Assembly: GCF_002449765.1 (NCBI RefSeq)
Contig: NZ_DJXN01000008.1
Length of the DNA: 64,000 bases
From: Fibrobacter sp. UBA7003
GTDB lineage: Bacteria; Fibrobacterota; Fibrobacteria; Fibrobacterales; Fibrobacteraceae
Direction: 5' to 3' (one strand)
Below, piece by piece: positions 36,514 to 43,640 of this stretch. The notes beneath the pieces were generated by a model, which saw only the letters and a list, made by a program, of their open reading frames with translations, made no database searches and was not told where the DNA came from. How positions within the stretch are numbered: the first letter of the stretch is position 1; each line of letters opens with the position of its first letter. The translations under genes and the position numbers were made by a program.

Positions 36514-37155
36514 TTACGAAAAGCAGTTCTTGACGCATGCTTCGAGGATTGCGGCGAATGCGAGCAGGGTTATGCCGTACTTGGGGCGGAGCCTCTTGAT
36601 TATGGGGAAGAACGCGTTGATGATGTACAAAGTAGATGCGACCAGGTAGCCTAACGCGATGATGTATGCAGGCTGGCCCAGGCCGGAATAGAACAGGCCG
36701 TCGTATTCCCCGCGGGCGAAAGTTTCTAGGGAAAAGAAGAAAAGGAACGATGCGATGCTTAGGGCAATCTTGAAGTTCCTGAGCCAGAAATCTTCGGGAG
36801 GGAGGTTCGCTGACGGATCCTTGTCTTTCCAGATGTGCTTATTGAAAAAGGGGATGCATGTCGAATACCAGATGAAAATCCCGAATGCGGGGAGGAACTT
36901 GGCAAATTCGAAAACGTGCCAAAGTTGAAGGCTCTTGATTACGGAGGGGTCGCTGGCGATGGAGAACAGTAAACCGTCTTCAAGGCGGCCGCGTGGTCCG
37001 CGAAGTAAAACGAGAACGTAAATTGCGAATACGATTCCGAAGAGTATCAGGAACTGCTTAAATCCCTTTTTGTCGGGCAGGGGCTGCGGCTGCTTGAGGA
37101 TTTTTTCCTCGTAAATTTTGAGATCTTTATCGGTAAAATGTGTCATATTTTGCAA
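36514..37155 (-). CDS. hypothetical polytopic membrane protein
   Basis: 213 aa with 5-6 hydrophobic segments. No family recognised. Confidence 0.5.
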   Translation of the reverse strand: MQNMTHFTDKDLKIYEEKILKQPQPLPDKKGFKQFLILFGIVFAIYVLVLLRGPRGRLEDGLLFSIASDPSVIKSLQLWHVFEFAKFLPAFGIFIWYSTCIPFFNKHIWKDKDPSANLPPEDFWLRNFKIALSIASFLFFFSLETFARGEYDGLFYSGLGQPAYIIALGYLVASTLYIINAFFPIIKRLRPKYGITLLAFAAILEACVKNCFS

Positions 37156-37240
37156 TAAATGTAACTTAAAAGGGGAAGATTTGCTTTTTTCGGGGCAATT
37201 TTTGTATTTTAATGTCCGTAAAAATTTTAGAGGTACACTA

Positions 37241-38224
37241 ATGGATATTCAGGAACTTTCGGAAAAGGTGCGCCAGCAGAGTGCTTTTTGCATGAATTTG
37301 CTGCGTGAAGTGGAAGGGACGGTGATTGGCCAGAAGGCTCTGGTCGAAAGCATTCTGACGGGTATTTTGGCGGACGGTCACGTGCTGCTGGAAGGCTTGC
37401 CGGGCCTTGCCAAGACGACTGCGGTGAAGGCTTTTGCCGATGCTGTGTCGCTGGACTTCAAGCGCATCCAGTTCACTCCCGACCTGTTGCCGGCCGACTT
37501 GCTGGGTACCACGATTTACAACGCGAAGGAAGCGAAGTTCGAAACCCGTAAGGGCCCGCTCTTCACGAACCTCGTGCTCGCCGATGAAATTAACCGTGCT
37601 CCGTCGAAGGTGCAGAGCGCCCTCCTCGAAGCCATGCAGGAACGCCACATCACGATTGGCGACGAGACGTTCAAGCTGGACGAGCCGTTCCTGGTGCTTG
37701 CCACGCAGAACCCCATCGAGCAGGAAGGTACGTATCCGCTGCCCGAAGCCCAGGTGGACCGTTTCCTGTTGAAGGTGAAGGTCAGCTACCCGAACAAGGC
37801 CGACGAAATGAAGATTCTCGACGCCGTTGCCGGTGCGGGGCTGCGCCAGCCGCAGGCTGTCGCCACGAAGGAAGATATCCTTGCCGCCCGCCAGCTCGTG
37901 AAGCAGGTGTACGTGGACGAACGCGTGCGCGAATACATCGTGAACCTGGTGCTTGCGACCCGCGATCCGGGCAGCATCAAGCGCAGCGACCTGGTGGGCT
38001 TTGTGGAAGTGGGCGCCTCGCCGCGTGCATCCATCGGCCTTGCCCAGGCTTCGAAGGCTCATGCGTTCATCCAGGGCCGCGCCTACGTGACGCCGGAAGA
38101 TGTGAAGGCCGTCGCGATGGAAGTGCTCCGCCACCGCATTATCCTCAGTTACGAGGCCGAAGCGGAAGAAGTCTCCGCCGAGACTGTGGTGCAGAAGATT
38201 CTGGATTCTGTTGAGGTTCCGTAG
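37241..38224 (+). CDS. moxR: MoxR-family AAA+ ATPase
   Basis: Starts at MDIQELSEKV. GQKALVESILTGILADGHVLLEGLPGLAKT, LADEINRA, LATQNP and a RASI...A C-terminal block. 327 aa. Confidence 0.9.
   Translation: MDIQELSEKVRQQSAFCMNLLREVEGTVIGQKALVESILTGILADGHVLLEGLPGLAKTTAVKAFADAVSLDFKRIQFTPDLLPADLLGTTIYNAKEAKFETRKGPLFTNLVLADEINRAPSKVQSALLEAMQERHITIGDETFKLDEPFLVLATQNPIEQEGTYPLPEAQVDRFLLKVKVSYPNKADEMKILDAVAGAGLRQPQAVATKEDILAARQLVKQVYVDERVREYIVNLVLATRDPGSIKRSDLVGFVEVGASPRASIGLAQASKAHAFIQGRAYVTPEDVKAVAMEVLRHRIILSYEAEAEEVSAETVVQKILDSVEVP
38106..38224 (+). repeat. copy 1 of a 119-bp diverged direct repeat (functional 3' end of moxR)
   Basis: Aligns without gaps to 40589-40707. The first 38 nt are identical, with about 16 mismatches overall. 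Nearly all mismatches are synonymous, and the encoded peptides differ at one residue (V/F). Confidence 0.85.
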
Positions 38225-38278
38225 TCGCGGCCATCTCTAACCGACATTGTTATCTCGCACTCGTTGCGGGATCTCCAC

Positions 38279-38914
38279 TTACATAAGCCGGGCCTTGAGC
38301 TCGGCTTTCACTTTTTTGAGGTCGCCGCTGGTGAGAATGGGAATGAGACTGTTGATTTCGTCGATGGGCTTGTCCCACCACTTGAACTTGAGCAGAAGTG
38401 CGGTGAGTTCGTCGTCGAATCGCTTGCGGATGAGTTTGGCAGGGTTCCCTGCCACGATGGTGTAGGGCTCCACGTCGCTTGCTACGACGGAGTTTGCCCC
38501 GATGATGGTACCGTCGCCGATGTGAACGCCTGGGAGAATCGTCACATTCTGCCCGATCCACACGTCGTTCCCGATGACGGTATCGCCTTTGAACGGCATA
38601 TCTTCGCGGGCGGGCGGTGCCATGTCCCAGCCCTGCAGCGTGTAGAACGGGAAGGTGGAAACCGCATTCATCTGGTGGTTCGCCCCGTTCATGACGAATT
38701 CCACGCCGGAGGCAATTTGGCAAAATTTGCCGATGATGAGTTTGTCTCCAATGAAGTTGTAATGGTGCGTCACGTGGCTCTCGAAATCCGAATCGGCAAT
38801 GTAGGTGAAATCGCCCACGATTATATTCGCTCTCTTGAGCGTCGGCTTCACGTAGATTTCCTTGTCGTAGCCCGCGATGGGGTGGATTGTATTCGGGTCG
38901 GGTCTTGTTATCAT
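38279..38914 (-). CDS. vat: Vat-family streptogramin A O-acetyltransferase (xenobiotic hexapeptide acyltransferase)
   Basis: From MITRPDPNTIHPI. DKLIIGKFCQIASGVEFVMNGANHQMNAVSTFPF, KGDTVIGNDVWIGQNVTILPGVHIGDG and KWWDKPIDEI are collinear with VatD blocks (GKFCSIGPG ... NGANHRMDGSTYPF ... KGDTIIGNDVWIG ... KWWNWPID). Confidence 0.85.
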   Translation of the reverse strand: MITRPDPNTIHPIAGYDKEIYVKPTLKRANIIVGDFTYIADSDFESHVTHHYNFIGDKLIIGKFCQIASGVEFVMNGANHQMNAVSTFPFYTLQGWDMAPPAREDMPFKGDTVIGNDVWIGQNVTILPGVHIGDGTIIGANSVVASDVEPYTIVAGNPAKLIRKRFDDELTALLLKFKWWDKPIDEINSLIPILTSGDLKKVKAELKARLM

Positions 38915-38980
38915 AGCGGGAAACCTTTTGCTAAACGTCACTTTTCTTTTTTGCGGTTTTTCAAGCACGTCTTTTGCTTT

Positions 38981-39262
38981 TTATGGGCGTGTTTCGTCAT
39001 GGGCAGATGAAATTGTAATAATGTCATCGAAACAGCAATCCTCTTCGTTGACTTCGCATGCGCAGCCACACATGCCAGATAATTTTGGGATGATGAATTC
39101 TCCCTTGCTCCACCGGGTGTATAGGGAATCGTCTATCGTCTGGATTTTCTTTTGCAGGGAAGGATCCGACGATATGTCGCATTTGAATCTGCCAAAATGC
39201 AGTGCAGGCTCGGCATTTATGAAGCATGCCAGAAAGAGGATTGTTTTCAGCACCGATTTCAT
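38981..39262 (-). CDS. small secreted Cys-rich hypothetical protein
   Basis: 93 aa with a signal peptide (ILFLACFINAEP) and 7 Cys, including the cluster GMCGCACEVNEEDCC. Lies between the 292-aa gene and vat on the same strand. Confidence 0.4.
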   Translation of the reverse strand: MKSVLKTILFLACFINAEPALHFGRFKCDISSDPSLQKKIQTIDDSLYTRWSKGEFIIPKLSGMCGCACEVNEEDCCFDDIITISSAHDETRP

Positions 39263-39280
39263 CTCAAGAAGAATAATAGT

Positions 39281-40096
39281 TTAATTCTGTTGGCGGTGGG
39301 CGTCCTGTTCGAAAATCGTCTTGATGTATGCCTGCACCTGCTTGACGGAGAGAGGGGTGTTGCCGCTTTCGAAGGTGGCGATGAAGTTCTTGCCGAGGAT
39401 GTAGCCGCTGGCGGCGTATCGGGAGATTTTCTGCACGGCGTTTTCGGTGTAGTCGGGGTCGCCCATCAGGCCGAAGTGCTCCCAGATGATTTCTTCGCGG
39501 GAGCTGGTGCGCAGGCAGGTGAAATCGGGGTAGAGCGTACCCCAGCCTTTGACGCTGGTAGGGTATTCGTAGCGGAAGGGGATGCCTGCGCGATTGAGCG
39601 CGTCTGCGATGATGACTTCGGATTTTGAGCGGACGCGCACGCCCGTGCTCGTGAAGAATTCGGGTGCGTTGATTTCGAAGGGCTTGCCGGTGTAGGGGAG
39701 GTGCTGCCATGCAGCGATGAAATCCTCGTCGGGCTCGCGCACGGGCGTCACAAGGGGGCGGCGGCCGGGGTGTAGCCCCGTGAACGCGGTGTCGATTTCT
39801 TCGGGATGGTAATTCTCCGTCAGGTTGTTGAGTGCGATGATTTGCCTGCCGATGATGCCTGCGACAGCCGCGTTGTAATCGCGTTGCGCGATTGCCGCCG
39901 CCCTGCGTCGTTCCTTGCGGGGGAGGTATTTTCCGTTAGAGTTGCTGCCCTTGTCTACGAGATAGTATTGCGACCGGTCATGGTTGGTTATGACTCGCAA
40001 TCTTCCTGTGGGTTGCTTTCCCTTGGGGAGTTTAGCCTTCAGTGCGATCAGTTGCTGAATCCGCTCGTTGGCGATTTGAATGAGTTGGTCTGCCAT
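39281..40096 (-). CDS. hypothetical protein with a C-terminal PD-(D/E)xK-like (restriction-endonuclease fold) motif arrangement
   Basis: ATG at 40096 with a purine-rich stretch upstream (alternative TTG at 40159). VRSKSEVIIADALNRAGIPFRYEYP ... LYPDFTC ... IIWEHFG resembles the S-x-x-E / PDF / h-E-x-x-G layout of TnsA, Vsr and DUF559-type nucleases. Confidence 0.5.
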   Translation of the reverse strand: MADQLIQIANERIQQLIALKAKLPKGKQPTGRLRVITNHDRSQYYLVDKGSNSNGKYLPRKERRRAAAIAQRDYNAAVAGIIGRQIIALNNLTENYHPEEIDTAFTGLHPGRRPLVTPVREPDEDFIAAWQHLPYTGKPFEINAPEFFTSTGVRVRSKSEVIIADALNRAGIPFRYEYPTSVKGWGTLYPDFTCLRTSSREEIIWEHFGLMGDPDYTENAVQKISRYAASGYILGKNFIATFESGNTPLSVKQVQAYIKTIFEQDAHRQQN

Positions 40097-40269
40097 TTCC
40101 GTTCCCTTTTTCTGTGAAACAAAAAAGCGCTGATACGCCGTTTTAACGGACGATATCAACGCTTATGTGTCCCTAATATACAAAGTGTGTGGCAAAAAAA
40201 CAAGTTGATGCTTTAGGCGGCAGTTGGATAGCATTTTTTTTGACTTTTGAACGTCTGTTTTGCGGGGGC

Positions 40270-40508
40270 TTACATACCAAAGACGTAAATAGTGGTGGTT
40301 GGTATGTAAAAAAGGTTGCGAAAGAGCGAAAAGTGTCCCAAATGGGGTCGCGGATGACGAAATTAGGGCGATTTTTGCTTAGTTTGTCTGTGTTTTGGCT
40401 ATTTTTTACATACTAAAACATTGCTTCGGGAAAATAGGTATGTAAGGTCTGTGAATGCTGGTTGCGGATTGCATACTAATTGAACTTTTTTGGTGTTTTA
40501 GTATGTAA
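40270..40508. repeat. three 40-bp units, each with 11-bp inverted arms (consensus TTACATAC[CT]AA) around an 18-bp non-conserved spacer
   Basis: Unit 1 is 40270-40280 / 40299-40309, unit 2 is 40406-40416 / 40435-40445, and unit 3 is 40469-40479 / 40498-40508. The spacer is exactly 18 nt in all three. Confidence 0.8.
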
Positions 40509-40588
40509 ATAGATGCGTTTTCCCCGCTCCTAGACGACTTCTCTGAGGTTCGCGGGCGTTATTTTGCAACCTATAGGCGGTTTTCCGC

Positions 40589-40707
40589 AGGCCGTCGCGA
40601 TGGAAGTGCTCCGCCACCGCATTATCTTAAGCTACGAGGCCGAAGCGGAAGAAGTCTCCGCCGAAACCTTCGTGCAGAAGATTCTCGACAGCGTCGAAGT
40701 GCCGTAA
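40589..40707 (+). pseudogene. orphan 3' fragment of moxR (copy 2 of the 119-bp repeat)
   Basis: Encodes AVAMEVLRHRIILSYEAEAEEVSAETFVQKILDSVEVP-stop with no upstream moxR body. Homology starts abruptly at 40589. Confidence 0.8.
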
Positions 40708-40771
40708 ACTTCGCGATCATCTTTGGCGCATTAAACCTGCGCAGGAATCGCACAGAAATCATATGAGAAAG

Positions 40772-40810
40772 AAGAACGCCCCGACAAGAGGCGTTCTTTT
40801 ACTATTTTAA
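40772..40810 (+). terminator. rho-independent terminator following the orphan moxR 3' end
   Basis: Stem AAGAACGCC (40772-40780), a 9-nt loop, stem GGCGTTCTT (40790-40798), then a T-rich tail. Confidence 0.6.
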
Positions 40811-40815
40811 AAATT

Positions 40816-43560
40816 ATGAAATCCTGGCAACTCCTATTTATGCTGAATAGCGCCATTCTTGCTTTGGTACTTTTGGGGGCGTGCTCTAATTCTCAAATGG
40901 ATGAGGGATTGGACGACGAAAGCCGGTCTGCAGAACGCGATGTAGCGGTTCCCGAAGTTGAACTGGATTCACTGCGGCCAGGAATGATGCGAATTAAGTC
41001 GAACGGTGCCTCGGTTTTGCTGGGTGACGACCGAATGCGGGTGAAACTGGATTACGATTACTCGCTCGGAATTCACGAGGTGACGTGTGGGGAATTCGCT
41101 CAAATTTCTGAAAAGGAAACGTGGTATTTTTATTTGGACTGTACGCAAGACGACTTGCCTGTGACTAATGTGTCTTATTTCGATGCGGTCCTTTTTGCGA
41201 ACGCTTATGGTAGAGTGCATGGTTACGATTCGGTTTATGTCTATCACCGTGCGGTCTTTAACTCGAAGGGGCACTGCGTTAATCTCGAGGGACTGAATGT
41301 TCGGACGGATGTAGATGGCTTTCGTTTGCCGACCGAAGCGGAATGGGTGATGGCGGCATCGTTGTCGTGGGATCCTGAAAGATACGGCTGGACTTCCGCT
41401 AATTCGAATTACGAACTCCATGCTCCTTGCGCGTTCCCGGATTCGATGGGCTTCTGCGACTTGGCGGGTAACGCTCTCGAACTGACAAATGATTGGCTTG
41501 GTAATCTCGGCGACTCCGTTGTAAAAAACTTTGTTGGTCCCCCGACGGGAAACGCCTTGTTCGAGAAGGTGGTCAAGGGCGGAACGGCGTATGGGCTTGG
41601 TGTTGAGATGAATTGGAATAATCGGGTCGACGTCTATCCTGTGACGGCCTCGACGATTTCTGTTTACATGGGTTTTCGTTTAGCATTTGGAAAGATTCCT
41701 GATGCTGTCTGGATGGATGGGCGTGGTGATGTCGCGACGGAGCTGATAAAAATGAAAGCATTCTCATTGGACATGCGCGAAAAAATCGGGACTGTGCATG
41801 CGAAGCTCGCTTTTCGGAACGATATGACGGGTAACCTGGTTTATGTGGATTTTGGGGGTGGTGCGCCGGGTGCGGTGGAAATTCTCGATAGTGTTCCTGT
41901 ATTCCATCCTGAAATTTCACCGGATGGAAAGAAAGTTGCGTTCTGCACGGGTGTTGAAGGTGTTGATGCGCCTTCGGCTGTTTATGTGAGGAATTTGGAT
42001 GTAGCTGGTAGCGGGCTTGTTAAGCTTGAAGTAGAGAATGCGGCAATTCCGCGATGGAACGTGGATTCGAATGGGGATACCTCTATTGTATATGTAGATA
42101 ATACCGGGGACAATACGGACGATGCGAATTTTCTTGCTGCAGCGACATGGCTGGTGCCTTTCTCTGACGGACGTTTCGGTGTGCCAAGAAAACTGATGGA
42201 TGGTGCTTACCATGGCGGTTTGTCGCCAGACGGAAGTCGTGCTGTTTCAGGTGCTCGACGGCTGCGTGCGCATGTGGATGGAACAGACGAAATTTGGTAT
42301 GACGGTGAACAGGCCTGCAATGCTTCACTTTCGAAGGATGGCTCGAACCAAACGCTTTTCTTGGATTTTGGTGGCGATGCCGGCAGAATGTTTGCACACG
42401 AAAAATATGGAGTTCACGAACGTTTACTTGTTGTCGATAGTACGGGGTCGCTTGTTCGAGCTATCCCTGCACCGGAAGGTTATTCCTTCGACCATACAGA
42501 ATGGGTGGATCGTGAAAACTGGGCTGTCGCATCGCTCGCGGATTCGGATGGAAAACATTCAAAAATAGTGTTGGTGAGCATCGCAGATTCTAGCGTGGTG
42601 GCTTTGGTCGAGGGGGAAGAACTTTGGCATCCGAATTTATGGGTGATGCCCCGGGTTGCGTCGGGAACGACATATCTTGACTTGGACAGTGCTGGCGTGT
42701 ACTGGGATCCCATTTTACAAAGTGGTTCAAAATCTGCTGCGTTGAAGATGCGTATGTTCTGGGATACGTTCGACTCCCTGGAGGTAATTGCCGTCGGAAG
42801 TTCGCGTACGGAGAGGGGCTTTGATCCTTTGAAGATTTCGAGGCCTGCCTTTAATTTTGGCTTTATAGGCGAAGACTTGTGGGGCGAACTTTATTTGTTA
42901 GAAAATTATGTTGTTCCTCATGCTCGTAATCTTAAGTATTTGATTGTCGAAATTTCGCCCGACTTGATGACCAATGATCCTTTTGCGAGAATGCGTGAGG
43001 TGTTTGAACAGGCTCCAGGGTATTTCTACGATAGAAACCATGGATTCTGGAACGATAGCGTACCCGAAGCCTTTGTTCGCCTAGTTGATATCAATGTCGT
43101 CTATACGTTGAATGACTCGACGCAATATGTCAATACGCGTGGCTTGAATAGGATGGAATCGGGCGGTTGGGGTGAAGATCCTGAGATAAAGCAGGGTGCT
43201 ATATTGTTCGATAGCAAACGTAGACATTATGCGAACGTGGTCGATAGCTTGGTTGCTTTTGTCGACCGCATGCAAGGTAAGGGCTTTGTGATAATTGGTC
43301 TCATTTATCCGCAGTCTCCAAAATATGCGGACACGGAATGTTTCGGTCGACACGGAACGCCCAGGGATTTGGCGGAGGAAACTGTGGCGTATCTTGACTC
43401 TCTTGCCGGGGGGTATCCATACTTTGTCTTGATGGATGAGAACAAGTTTGGTGCGCACGATTATCCGGACTCGATGGCGAACGATTATGACCATCTCAGC
43501 GCAGTCGGGGCGGAACGCTTGTCTGTTCGGCTGGATTCCTTGATAAAGACGTTGGAATAA
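40816..43560 (+). CDS. large lipoprotein with an N-terminal SUMF1/FGE-like domain, a TolB-like beta-propeller segment and a C-terminal domain (resembles Fibrobacter family TIGR02171)
   Basis: 914 aa with lipobox LLGAC. FRLPTEAEWVMAAS, GNALELTNDW and VVKGG are FGE-sulfatase-like. HPEISPDGKKVAFC is TolB/WD40-like. The family name comes from memory of TIGRFAM descriptions. Confidence 0.6.
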   Translation: MKSWQLLFMLNSAILALVLLGACSNSQMDEGLDDESRSAERDVAVPEVELDSLRPGMMRIKSNGASVLLGDDRMRVKLDYDYSLGIHEVTCGEFAQISEKETWYFYLDCTQDDLPVTNVSYFDAVLFANAYGRVHGYDSVYVYHRAVFNSKGHCVNLEGLNVRTDVDGFRLPTEAEWVMAASLSWDPERYGWTSANSNYELHAPCAFPDSMGFCDLAGNALELTNDWLGNLGDSVVKNFVGPPTGNALFEKVVKGGTAYGLGVEMNWNNRVDVYPVTASTISVYMGFRLAFGKIPDAVWMDGRGDVATELIKMKAFSLDMREKIGTVHAKLAFRNDMTGNLVYVDFGGGAPGAVEILDSVPVFHPEISPDGKKVAFCTGVEGVDAPSAVYVRNLDVAGSGLVKLEVENAAIPRWNVDSNGDTSIVYVDNTGDNTDDANFLAAATWLVPFSDGRFGVPRKLMDGAYHGGLSPDGSRAVSGARRLRAHVDGTDEIWYDGEQACNASLSKDGSNQTLFLDFGGDAGRMFAHEKYGVHERLLVVDSTGSLVRAIPAPEGYSFDHTEWVDRENWAVASLADSDGKHSKIVLVSIADSSVVALVEGEELWHPNLWVMPRVASGTTYLDLDSAGVYWDPILQSGSKSAALKMRMFWDTFDSLEVIAVGSSRTERGFDPLKISRPAFNFGFIGEDLWGELYLLENYVVPHARNLKYLIVEISPDLMTNDPFARMREVFEQAPGYFYDRNHGFWNDSVPEAFVRLVDINVVYTLNDSTQYVNTRGLNRMESGGWGEDPEIKQGAILFDSKRRHYANVVDSLVAFVDRMQGKGFVIIGLIYPQSPKYADTECFGRHGTPRDLAEETVAYLDSLAGGYPYFVLMDENKFGAHDYPDSMANDYDHLSAVGAERLSVRLDSLIKTLE

Positions 43561-43588
43561 ATCTCGATGTTGGTAACCTAAAGTCAAT

Positions 43589-43619
43589 AATCCCCAGCCG
43601 AGGTGGCCGGGGATTTTTT
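43589..43619 (+). terminator. rho-independent terminator between convergent genes
   Basis: AATCCCCAGCC / GGCCGGGGATT is an 11-bp stem with one mismatch and loop GAGGT, followed by TTTTTT. Confidence 0.6.
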
Positions 43620-43640
43620 GGAGGTGTGTTGCTTCGAGAG

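Larger units (their letters stand above)
38225..40588. mobile_element. 2.36-kb insertion between the two moxR 3'-end copies (three-gene minus-strand unit plus inverted-repeat array)
   Basis: Bracketed by the 119-bp repeat copies. The native-looking moxR terminator follows copy 2. No recombinase was recognised. Confidence 0.45.

Noticed and set aside
40189-40416. 75-aa ORF in the non-coding right end of the vat insertion.
   Set aside because: It starts at a non-ATG codon, has no SD and an odd composition, and is built across the inverted-repeat units. It is most likely spurious.
40270-40508. The repeat units considered as a small CRISPR array.
   Set aside because: The conserved parts are 11-bp inverted arms rather than 25-40-bp direct repeats. 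The units are irregularly spaced (136 and 63 bp), there are only three, and no cas genes are present.
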